Position numbers and translations under genes: made by a program
Source: Gemmatimonadota bacterium
GTDB taxonomy: Bacteria; Gemmatimonadota; Gemmatimonadetes; Longimicrobiales; Longimicrobiaceae
Assembly: GCA_028287185.1 (NCBI GenBank)
Contig: JAQBQD010000155.1
Span: forward strand, 33,609 to 97,608
DNA: 64,000 nt
Direction of reading: 5' to 3'
Part shown: in pieces, positions 43,050-50,917 of the stretch
How positions within the stretch are numbered: position 1 is the stretch's first letter
Layout of the letters: the number at the start of each line of letters is the position of its first letter
The notes under the pieces: model-generated
What the model saw: only the letters and a program-made list of their open reading frames with translations
Databases searched by the model: none
What the model was told of the DNA's origin: nothing

Positions 43050-43850
43050 CTACTCGGGCGCGGAGAAGCGGGCGAGCATCCCGCGCACGTCCTCCAGCGA
43101 GGCGCCGGGGTGCCGCTCGCGGATGAGCGCCACGATGCCGGCGATGTGCGGCGCCGCGAAGCTGGTGCCGCTGCGGGGGATGCGGCGGCCGCCCAGCCAC
43201 AGCACCGGCACCTCCAGGCCCCAGGCCAGGCACTCCATCGCCTCGTCGGGCCGATACCGGAAGGTGAAGGGAGAGTCGAGCTTGCCCGCGTCCACGCCCA
43301 CCGCGTTCTCGAAGACGGCGGGATAGCTCCAGCCGCCCACGTTGTTGCCCGCGGCCACCACGATGGTGCCCTGCCGCCGCGCGCGCTCGCACAGCACGTA
43401 CAGGTGGTCGCGAGTGTCGTCGCGGGTGGTGCCCAGGCTCATGTTCACCACGTCCACCCGCTCCTCCACCGCCCAGCGCAGCGCCTCGCACAGCACCGAG
43501 GGCGACGTCTCCAGCCCCGCGCCGAACACCCGCGCGGGCAGCACGCGCGCGTCCGGGGCCATGCGCAGGATCTGGTCGGCGCAGGCGGTGCCGTGGCCGT
43601 TACGGTCGCCGTCGTCGTCGCTGCGCCCCAGCGCCAGCTCGTCCGCCGTGCTGGCCAGGCCGATGCCGGGCAGCACGCGCGGCTCCGGCAGCGAGCGGTC
43701 CCACCCGCTGTCGATGACCGCCACCCGCACCCCGCGCCCCGTCGCGTCGCCCAGCTCGCGCGCCACCCACGCCGGCCGCGCCGTGGGCGGCGCCGGCTCG
43801 TACGGAAGCGAGGGAAGGGAGGTCCTCCGCGCGCCCGCCGTGCCGCTCAT
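43050..43850 (-). CDS. lanP: Subtilisin-like S8 serine protease, candidate lanthipeptide leader peptidase LanP
   Basis: ATG (cat 43848-43850) overlaps the HlyD stop (ATGA); catalytic triad motifs VAVIDSG (Asp), HGTACA (His), GTSFAAPH (Ser); 266 aa with no obvious signal peptide. Confidence 0.8.
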   Translation of the reverse strand: MSGTAGARRTSLPSLPYEPAPPTARPAWVARELGDATGRGVRVAVIDSGWDRSLPEPRVLPGIGLASTADELALGRSDDDGDRNGHGTACADQILRMAPDARVLPARVFGAGLETSPSVLCEALRWAVEERVDVVNMSLGTTRDDTRDHLYVLCERARRQGTIVVAAGNNVGGWSYPAVFENAVGVDAGKLDSPFTFRYRPDEAMECLAWGLEVPVLWLGGRRIPRSGTSFAAPHIAGIVALIRERHPGASLEDVRGMLARFSAPE

Positions 43851-45037
43851 TCGGGGCGTCCCTCCATGCGGTCCCACAGGTAGTCCCACACCAGCACGAT
43901 CACCCGGCCGCGGCGGGTCACGATCTGCCCCTCCACCGTGTAGCCGCGCCGGAACTTGTGGATGCCGATGCGGTCCAGCTGGCGCTGGTCCAGTCGCGCC
44001 GTCACCCGGTACAGGCCCCCCGCCTGCGGCACCCCGCCCGCCGCGGCGGCCGGCGACGCGGAGAGCGGCTCGGGGCTCACGTACACCACGCTGCCGCGCA
44101 GGCGCTCGTCCTCGTCGGCGTTGAAGGCCTGCACCTGCACCTGCACCGAGTCGCCGAGGCGGATGCGGTGCACGTCGCGCTCGCGCACCAGCAGGTTCAC
44201 CCGCCACCCGTCCAGGTCGGCCACCTCCAGCAGCTGGTCGCCCTCGCGCACGTAGCTGCCCGGCAGCCGCTCGATCTGCTCGGTCAGCACCACCCCGTGC
44301 GTGGGCGAGCGCAGCGACAACCGGCCCAGACGCTGGCGCAGCGCCGCGATCTGGGCCGTGAGCTGGGCCTGCTCCACCGTCCGCTTGTCGCGGTCGAAGC
44401 GTTCCAGCGCCAGCATGTCGCGCTGCGTGCCCCCCATGCGCACCTCCGACTCGGCGGCGCGCACCTCGGCCACGGCCAGGTCGATCGCCACGTGCTGGCC
44501 CACCCGGTAGGCCGCCAGCAGCGAGTCGGGATCGCTGCCCATCCCGTTCTCCACCATGCGCTGGCGCAGCCCGGCGCGCGCCGTCACCAGGTGGTTGCGC
44601 GCCTGCTCCACCTTCTCGTCCTGCTGCCGCACCTCCACCGGCGCCGCCCGCTCGGCCCGCGCCACGTCGATCTGCGATGCGCGGAGCTGCGCCTCCAGGC
44701 CGTCCAGGGTGGAGGCGAGCGCCAGCGGGTCCAGCCGCACCAGCTCGCGCCCGGCGGACACCGTGTCGCCCGTGCCCACCAGCACGCGGCTCACCGTGCC
44801 CGCCTCCTGCGCGCGCACCGGCCACACGCCCACGGGCTCCATGCTGCCCGCCGCCTTCACCGTCACGTGGATGGACACCAGGCACGCCACGGCCAGCGCC
44901 AGGGCGGTCAGCCCCGCCAGCGTGCCCAGGGTGAGGCCCACGGCGCGCTTCACGAAGCCGGCGCCGGGGTTGCCCTCGTCGCCCAGCGCGGGCAGCTCCA
45001 GCCGCAGGGGCGGCCGGTCCTTCGGCGCCGTGCTCAC
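43847..45037 (-). CDS. HlyD-family membrane fusion (periplasmic adaptor) protein of the lanthipeptide exporter
   Basis: GTG start (cac 45035-45037) overlapping the ABC stop (GTGA); N-terminal TM (AVGLTLGTLAGLTALALAVACLV), long coiled-coil, C-terminal beta domain; the upstream 829-aa six-frame ORF is artefactual. Confidence 0.8.
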   Translation of the reverse strand: MSTAPKDRPPLRLELPALGDEGNPGAGFVKRAVGLTLGTLAGLTALALAVACLVSIHVTVKAAGSMEPVGVWPVRAQEAGTVSRVLVGTGDTVSAGRELVRLDPLALASTLDGLEAQLRASQIDVARAERAAPVEVRQQDEKVEQARNHLVTARAGLRQRMVENGMGSDPDSLLAAYRVGQHVAIDLAVAEVRAAESEVRMGGTQRDMLALERFDRDKRTVEQAQLTAQIAALRQRLGRLSLRSPTHGVVLTEQIERLPGSYVREGDQLLEVADLDGWRVNLLVRERDVHRIRLGDSVQVQVQAFNADEDERLRGSVVYVSPEPLSASPAAAAGGVPQAGGLYRVTARLDQRQLDRIGIHKFRRGYTVEGQIVTRRGRVIVLVWDYLWDRMEGRPE

Positions 45038-46842
45038 GGCGTCTGCGCCACCGCGCGCAGGCGGCGCGCGTCGTCCACGCCGGCGCCCTGCAGCTGTCGG
45101 TAGGTCTCGCACTCCCGCATCAGCTCGGCGTGGGTGCCCGTGCCCACCACCCGGCCGGCCTCCACCACCACGATCTGGTCGGCCAGCGCCGCCGTGGCCA
45201 CGCGGTGGGTCACGAACAGCACCGTGCGCCCCTGGCCGCGGGCGAACAGGTCGCGCAGGATCTCCGTCTCCGTCTGCATGTCCACGTTGCTGGTGGCTTC
45301 GTCCAGCAGCAGCACCGGGGTGTCGCGGATGATGGCCCGCGCGATGGCCAGGCGCTGCCGCTGCCCGCCCGAGAGCGTGGCGCCCCACTCGGCGACGGAG
45401 GTGGCGTACCCGTTGGGCAGCCCCGCCACCAGCTCCTCCAGCCGGCACAGGCGCACGGCGTCGTCCACCCGCTCGCGCGAGGGCTCGTCCGCGCCCATGG
45501 TCAGGTTCTCCCAGATGGTGCCCTGCATGAGCGCGAACTCCTGCCACACCACCGAGGTCTGCCGGCGCAGGTCGGGCAGCGAGATCTTGCTCGCGGGCAC
45601 CCCGTCCAGGTACAGCTGCCCCTCGTCCGGCTCCTCCATGCGCGTCACCAGGCGCAGCAGCGACGACTTCCCGGCGCCGCTGGGGCCCACGATGGAGGTC
45701 ACGGTCCCGCGGGGAAAGTGCAGCGTCACGTCGTGCAGCACCCGCTTCTCGGCCGAGTAGCCGAACGACACGTCGCGCAGGTGGATGTCGCCGCGCATGC
45801 GGTGCGCCACGGGCGGCGCCGGCGCGTAGGCCTGCGCGGGGTCCTGCTCCACGGGCAGGTCCAGGTACTCGAACATGCGCCCCAGGTTCACGGCGCTCTG
45901 CTGGAAGTCCGAGAACAGCCCCGTGATCTGCGCCAGCGGGTTGTACAGGTATCCCATGTACGAGGTGAAGGCGATGTAGTCGCCCAGCGTCATCTCCTGG
46001 CGCAGGATGAGCATCCACGCGTACCACGTGAACACCGCCGTGCCCAGCGCGCGGATGGTGCCGTTGGCCAGCCCGAAGATCTGCCCGAAGCCGCCCGCCT
46101 TGAGCTGCACCTGCAGCGCGTCCTGCATCTGCCGCGCGGCCCGCGTGTACAGGTGGTGCTCCATCGCCAGCGCTTTCAGGGTGCGGATGTGGCTCAGCAC
46201 CTCCACCTGGAAGGCGCCCAGGTCGGCGTACGCCTCGGCGCTCCGCTTCCAGTAGCGGCGCAGCACCCGGGCCGAGAGCGTGGTCACCATCACCGTCAGC
46301 GGGATGGTGATGAGCGACACGATGGCCAGCTTCCACTGCAGGAGGAAGAGGAAGGGCGGCACCAGCAGCAGGTAGACGCCGTTCACGAACAGCGTCTCGA
46401 ACACCTTGCTCACGCTGTTCAGCGAGCTGCGCACGTCGGCGAAGCGGCTCATCACCTCGCCCACCCGATGCTCGTCGAAGAAGCGCACCGTCAGGTGCTG
46501 CAGGTGGTTGAAGAAGAGCAGCCCGGTGGCGTTGGAAAGGTGCGAGGTGGTGTAGGTGGTGAAGTAGCCCCGGATGGCGCCCATCACCGTCCCGGCGATG
46601 GTGAACGCGAAGGTGCCCAGCACCAGCATCTCCATCAGCGGCACGTTGCGCGCCGGGTAGGCCTGGTCGATGAGCAGCTTGGACAGGTACGGCGGAAGCA
46701 TGCCGAACACGCCCAGCACCAGCCCCAGGGCCATCCCCTTCATGAGGGGGCCCCAGTACGGGCGGATCAGCCGCAGCAGCCGGAAGAACTGCTGGAAGGC
46801 TTCCCGCAGCGGCGGGATGTCGGCACGGGCGGCGGGCGGCAT
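45034..46842 (-). CDS. lanT: ABC exporter (fused TMD-NBD, no N-terminal C39 peptidase domain), candidate LanT
   Basis: 602 aa; six TM helices then Walker A GPSGAGKSS, signature LSGGQRQR, Walker B LLLDEATS; absence of a C39 domain is consistent with a separate LanP (class I). Confidence 0.85.
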   Translation of the reverse strand: MPPAARADIPPLREAFQQFFRLLRLIRPYWGPLMKGMALGLVLGVFGMLPPYLSKLLIDQAYPARNVPLMEMLVLGTFAFTIAGTVMGAIRGYFTTYTTSHLSNATGLLFFNHLQHLTVRFFDEHRVGEVMSRFADVRSSLNSVSKVFETLFVNGVYLLLVPPFLFLLQWKLAIVSLITIPLTVMVTTLSARVLRRYWKRSAEAYADLGAFQVEVLSHIRTLKALAMEHHLYTRAARQMQDALQVQLKAGGFGQIFGLANGTIRALGTAVFTWYAWMLILRQEMTLGDYIAFTSYMGYLYNPLAQITGLFSDFQQSAVNLGRMFEYLDLPVEQDPAQAYAPAPPVAHRMRGDIHLRDVSFGYSAEKRVLHDVTLHFPRGTVTSIVGPSGAGKSSLLRLVTRMEEPDEGQLYLDGVPASKISLPDLRRQTSVVWQEFALMQGTIWENLTMGADEPSRERVDDAVRLCRLEELVAGLPNGYATSVAEWGATLSGGQRQRLAIARAIIRDTPVLLLDEATSNVDMQTETEILRDLFARGQGRTVLFVTHRVATAALADQIVVVEAGRVVGTGTHAELMRECETYRQLQGAGVDDARRLRAVAQTP

Positions 46843-47058
46843 CGGCGGAACGTCACTCCAGGGCTTGCGCGGGCGCGGAGGAGCCGGATCGCTCCCGCCG
46901 GGTCCGCGGAGGGCGGCCAGAAACGGCGCGATTCGCCTTTCCGGCCATCATCCAACATAACCAGAACGCTCTCCCACGCACCACTGCCTCCGCGGCGGAG
47001 GACCGGACGTCCGGCGGGAGCCTTCCCGGCCCCGCCGGCGCCCGGTCCCGCGGGCGGC

Positions 47059-47319
47059 TCAGCACTCGCAGGTCTGCGCGCAGGTGAAGCAGGTGGGGCG
47101 GCACGAGATGCCGCACGACTCGTTCGCCTGGCAGGTGTCGACGAGCGTGCAGTCGCCGCACCCGGTGTACGCGCACGACTCCTCGTCCGTGCAGAAGTAG
47201 GTGCTGCACACCCCGTCGCGCGACAGGTGCGCGTGCACCGTCCCGCGCTCCGGCTCCGCCGCCGCCGTCTCGAACGAGTCCACCGACAGCGCGTCCAGGT
47301 CCAGCCTCAGCTTGCGCAT
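47059..47319 (-). CDS. lanA: Lanthipeptide precursor peptide LanA2: FNLD-type leader + very Cys-rich core (12 Cys, 12 Ser/Thr in about 51 aa)
   Basis: ATG at 47317-47319 with gggagg RBS 7 nt upstream; MRKLRLDLDALSVDSFETAAAEPERGTVHAHLSRDGV | CSTYFCTDEESCAYTGCGDCTLVDTCQANESCGISCRPTCFTCAQTCEC; leader resembles nisin/subtilin leaders (FNLDLVSV / FDLDVVKV). Confidence 0.7.
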   Translation of the reverse strand: MRKLRLDLDALSVDSFETAAAEPERGTVHAHLSRDGVCSTYFCTDEESCAYTGCGDCTLVDTCQANESCGISCRPTCFTCAQTCEC

Positions 47320-47348
47320 GCAAACCTCCCGCTCACGGGTGTCCGCGC

Positions 47349-47454
47349 GGGCCGCGGCACCTCCGCGGCCCGAACCGGCCCGCGGTGCCCGCGGGCCTTT
47401 CCGTCCGGCAGGGGAAGGGACGCGGGGCGGGTGGAAAGGCGCCCGCCCCGCGTC
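47349..47454 (-). other. Three consecutive GC-rich stem-loops in the lanA1-lanA2 intercistronic spacer
   Basis: gggccgcgg-cacct-ccgcggccc (47349-47371), ggcccgcgg-tgc-ccgcgggcc (47378-47398), gacgcggggcggg-tggaaaggcg-cccgccccgcgtc (47419-47454); the last one follows the lanA1 stop by about 10 nt. Confidence 0.6.
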
Positions 47455-47464
47455 TCCGAAAAGG

Positions 47465-47761
47465 TCAGACGCAGTCGTACGGGAAGCCGCCGCCGGGCGC
47501 CGCGGCGGCGCCGGGGGCCAGGCCGCAGCCGTTGAAGGTCTCCGGCGGCGACGCGCCGCAGGTGCCGCCGTAGCTGTACCCGCACTGCGCCCACCCCGTG
47601 TCGGGGCACACCTGCACGACCGAGTCCGGACAGTCCGCCGTGTCGCAGAAGGCGGTGCCCACCATCCGGAGCCCCAGCACCGTTCCCCGTCCGCGCCCCG
47701 CCTCCGCCGTCTCGAACGTCTCCACGTTCAGGTCCTCGAGGTCCAGCCGCAGCTTTCTCAT
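47465..47761 (-). CDS. lanA: Lanthipeptide precursor peptide LanA1: FNLD-type leader + Cys/Gly-rich core (7 Cys, 8 Ser/Thr)
   Basis: ATG at 47759-47761 with aaggag RBS; MRKLRLDLEDLNVETFETAEAGRGRGTVLGLRMVG | TAFCDTADCPDSVVQVCPDTGWAQCGYSYGGTCGASPPETFNGCGLAPGAAAAPGGGFPYDCV; first about 28 aa are near-identical to LanA2. Confidence 0.7.
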   Translation of the reverse strand: MRKLRLDLEDLNVETFETAEAGRGRGTVLGLRMVGTAFCDTADCPDSVVQVCPDTGWAQCGYSYGGTCGASPPETFNGCGLAPGAAAAPGGGFPYDCV

Positions 47762-47885
47762 GGGGCTCCTTCCGTTCTGGGTGATGAGGGTACCCGGGCC
47801 TGCAACCTGCCTCCACCGGTTCCGAAGCGCGGCGCGCCCCGACCGACGGCGCTGGACCGGCGGAGGACCGGCCGGGCTCCGGACG

Positions 47886-49907
47886 TCAGCCCGGCACGCC
47901 CGCCCCGGCCGGCTCGCTCTCCACGAACCCGGCGCGGTAGGCCTGCCGAAGCTGCTCCAGCACGCGGCCCCGCAGCCAGTCGCGGTCGGGCGCGCGGTCG
48001 CCGGACACGGCCTCGGCCACGCGGTCCACCACGTCGTCCAGGAGCGCGGAGCCGCGCGTCGCTTCCAGCACCACGGCGGCGAAGGGCGTCAGCCGGCGCT
48101 CCACCACCTTTCCTCCGATGGACTGCAGGAGCACGAACACGTCGTCCTCGGGCGGCAGGGGCTCGCCGGCCGCGTCCTCCAGCCAGCCGTCCCAGTCGCG
48201 GAGGGAGTGGACGAGCCGCGCGCGGGGCGAGAGCGCGAAGGCGGCCTCGTCCCACGCCACCTCGTCCTCCTCCGCGCGCACCAGCGAGGCGATGAACTCC
48301 GCCGTGTTGTCCTCCACCGCCCGCCACAGCTCCACCCGCGCCAGGTCCAGCCGGGCCGCGTCCTCCAGCAGCGCAGCGCGGTCGCCGCCGCCCTCGGCGG
48401 AGATCCGGGCCTTCACGCCGTCGACCGCGGCGGCGACGGGCGAGCGTTCGCGGTTCCCGTCCGCCGCCGCCGCGGCGCGCACGGCGGCGCCATCCGCCCC
48501 CACCGCGGTGAAGGTCCGCAGCGTACGCCCCAGGTAGCCGTCCACGTCGGCCCCGCGGGCCTCGCGGCGGCCGGGCTCGGCCGCCGCGCGGTCGGGGTGC
48601 GCGCCGTCGCGGGTGACGAGGAGGACGGAGGGGACCTCCGGCAGCGCCAGGCGCAGCAGGAACCACCCGATGCCGGACTCGCCCAGCAGCAGGCCGGGGT
48701 CGGAGACTCCTCCCAGGGTGCCGCAGGGCCAGCTCACCCCGGGCCGCTCCCAGCGCTCCACGCCGGTCAGCATGCAGTCCTCCGCCGTCGTCCGCAGCGT
48801 GTCGTCGCCCAGCACGCGCGCGCCGTACAGCAGCGTCTCGCAGTTGCCCGCGCGGCCATGGCAGAGCGAGTAGTTCATCCGGTCGTCCACGATGGAGGCG
48901 AGCGTGGCGCGGAGGGCGGCCTCCGCCTCGTCGCGGTACAGGGGCTCGCCCAGCAGCTCCCACGCGCGCAGCCGGGTGAGGCCGATGCCGGGCGCGCCGT
49001 GGCACCACGCGCTCATGTGGCGCGGCTCGTAGGCGGGAAATCCCTCGGGGCTCGCGATCCGGCGGCGCAGCTCGTCGATGCGGCCGGCGTGCAGGTACTC
49101 GGACAGGTCGCTGTGGCGCAGGTCGGGCCAGTTGTCGTGCTCGGCGCTGAAGGTGCGCCGCTCGTAGACGAAGGCCTGCTCCGCGCCGTGCAGCCAGTGC
49201 CCCTCGCCGGTGGCGTCGTACAGCTCCAGCAGCGCGTGCCCGAAGCCCGCCGCGCCGTGCGCCAGCCCGTTCAGGTTGCGGGCGGACGACTGCGGCATGG
49301 TGGCCCACGACCACCCGTCGGGCTCGCGCACGGCCGTGGCCAGCAGGTTGTCGCCCATGCGCTGCGCCCGCTCCAGCATCCACGCGCCGTCCAGCTCGTC
49401 CGCCATCGCCAGCAGGGCGGGGATGGCGCCCGCCGCGCCGGCGATCACGTCCAGCCCGCGGTCCTGCGCCTCGGCGCCCTCCAGCGGCGCCAGCGTGCGG
49501 CGGGCGGCATCCCGCATCTCCTCCATCCCCAGCAGCTTCGCGGCGCGCAGGGCGGCGTAGGCGATGCCCACGCGGCCCGAGTGGAAGCCGTTCGAGCCGG
49601 GGGGTAGCCCGTCGGCCTCGGCCAGCGAGAAGCGCAGGGCCCCGGCGGCGGCGCGGGCCGCCTCGCGGTCTCCGGTGGCGGCGGCGAGCTGGGCCAGGAA
49701 GAGGGCGATGCCCGCCGTGCCCTCGTAGACGGTGCCCCCGGCGCGGGCGGGCACCGCCACGCGGGCGGCCTGGTTGTCGCGGTCGGGGCTCATCACCTGC
49801 CAGGTGCAGGCGTCGCCCTCCCACAGCGCCTGGGACGCCACGCGCGCGCCGATGCGCGCGGCCGCGTCCAGCAGCGCGCCGCTGCGGGGGTTCTCCGGGT
49901 TGGGCAT
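47886..49907 (-). CDS. lanC: LanC-type lanthipeptide cyclase with about 240-aa C-terminal extension of unknown function
   Basis: ATG at 49905-49907 (MPNPENPRSGALLDAAARIG...); LanC zinc-ligand/active-site motifs GLAHGAAGFGHALLEL, WCHGAPGIGL, LCHGRAGNCE; ORF continues about 240 aa beyond the usual LanC end without any Met. Confidence 0.8.
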   Translation of the reverse strand: MPNPENPRSGALLDAAARIGARVASQALWEGDACTWQVMSPDRDNQAARVAVPARAGGTVYEGTAGIALFLAQLAAATGDREAARAAAGALRFSLAEADGLPPGSNGFHSGRVGIAYAALRAAKLLGMEEMRDAARRTLAPLEGAEAQDRGLDVIAGAAGAIPALLAMADELDGAWMLERAQRMGDNLLATAVREPDGWSWATMPQSSARNLNGLAHGAAGFGHALLELYDATGEGHWLHGAEQAFVYERRTFSAEHDNWPDLRHSDLSEYLHAGRIDELRRRIASPEGFPAYEPRHMSAWCHGAPGIGLTRLRAWELLGEPLYRDEAEAALRATLASIVDDRMNYSLCHGRAGNCETLLYGARVLGDDTLRTTAEDCMLTGVERWERPGVSWPCGTLGGVSDPGLLLGESGIGWFLLRLALPEVPSVLLVTRDGAHPDRAAAEPGRREARGADVDGYLGRTLRTFTAVGADGAAVRAAAAADGNRERSPVAAAVDGVKARISAEGGGDRAALLEDAARLDLARVELWRAVEDNTAEFIASLVRAEEDEVAWDEAAFALSPRARLVHSLRDWDGWLEDAAGEPLPPEDDVFVLLQSIGGKVVERRLTPFAAVVLEATRGSALLDDVVDRVAEAVSGDRAPDRDWLRGRVLEQLRQAYRAGFVESEPAGAGVPG

Positions 49908-49945
49908 GGGGGCCACGCTCGCTTCTCCTGCCGGTGACGGGGGGC

Positions 49946-50917
49946 TCACGCCGTGGCCTCTGCGCCGGCCGGGGCCGGCACCGCCAGGGCGCGGTGGATC
50001 AGGTACGCCAGGTACGACTCCTCCTGGATGCTGACGCCCAGGCGGTTGTTCATCATGTGCACGTAGCTGGGCACGATGGCCGCGACGGCGAACTCCCAGG
50101 TGTCGATCGCCCCGCCCTCGCGAAGCAGTCGCCCGGCGTCGAACAGCTCGCGGAAGCGGACGCGCACCTCCGCCAGGTCGTCGCGCCAGCGGTCCAGCGC
50201 CTCGGAGAGCTCCTCGCCCGTCGCCAGTCGCTCCCAGGCCTCGTCCACGTACGCCGTCAGGTTCCCCGCCTGCTGCTCGAAGCCGCTGCCGAAGGCGTCC
50301 AGCCACGCGCTACGCCGCTCGTCGTCGGGCACCATCGAGCGCAGGTAGTTGATGCCGTACTGCCGCGCGAACTCCGCGGCCGCTGTGCGCTCGGGGTGGA
50401 AGGCGTGCACCAGCACCACCATCGCCAGCAGCCCCTTGCCCAGGCGGCCGCTGCGCTCGGTGGGGTGCACGCGCGCCAGCAGGGCCAGCGCGGCTTCGCT
50501 GGAGCGGTGGAAGAGCTCTTCCGCCAGCAGCACGCCGTCGGGGCCGCCGTAGCGCTCCGTCTCCGGCTCGTACACCGCCTCGGCCACGTGCGTCACCCCC
50601 TCGCCGCCGCTGCCGATGGGCTCCGGATAGCCCTCCTGAAGGTCGGGATACAGGGCCGCCAGGTGCCTGCGCAGCGCGGGCCTCACCTCGCGCTCCAGCA
50701 CGTCGCGCTCGCCGTGGAACCGCAGCCGCACGTGGAAGCCGCGCTCGCTGTAGCGGATGAAGAACCACCGGTCGGCCCACCCGCGCTCGGCGCAGGCGCG
50801 GACGAACGGCTCCACGGCGTCGCGCACGATGGCGTCGCAGTCCCCGCCGTAGATGTTCTCGCGCAGGAACAGGTACTCGCTCAGCCAGGCCTTCTCCATC
50901 TCAGGCGAGGGCGGCAT
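49946..50917 (-). CDS. lanB: Lanthipeptide dehydratase, glutamate-elimination domain (Lant_dehydr_C/SpaB_C-like); stand-alone ORF of a split LanB
   Basis: 323 aa; MPPSPEMEKAWLSEYLF...WFFIRYSERGFHVRLRFHG matches the WF(F/Y)IRY...H(L/V)RLR start of LanB C-terminal domains; overlaps the upstream ORF by 17 nt in a different frame. Confidence 0.75.
   Translation of the reverse strand: MPPSPEMEKAWLSEYLFLRENIYGGDCDAIVRDAVEPFVRACAERGWADRWFFIRYSERGFHVRLRFHGERDVLEREVRPALRRHLAALYPDLQEGYPEPIGSGGEGVTHVAEAVYEPETERYGGPDGVLLAEELFHRSSEAALALLARVHPTERSGRLGKGLLAMVVLVHAFHPERTAAAEFARQYGINYLRSMVPDDERRSAWLDAFGSGFEQQAGNLTAYVDEAWERLATGEELSEALDRWRDDLAEVRVRFRELFDAGRLLREGGAIDTWEFAVAAIVPSYVHMMNNRLGVSIQEESYLAYLIHRALAVPAPAGAEATA

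Noticed and set aside
47598-49824. Overlapping ORFs 47758-49824 (-, 688 aa) and 47598-49607 (+, 669 aa)
   Set aside because: Alternative-frame and antisense shadows of the LanC gene. They lack the LanC motifs, which occur only in the 47886-49907 frame.
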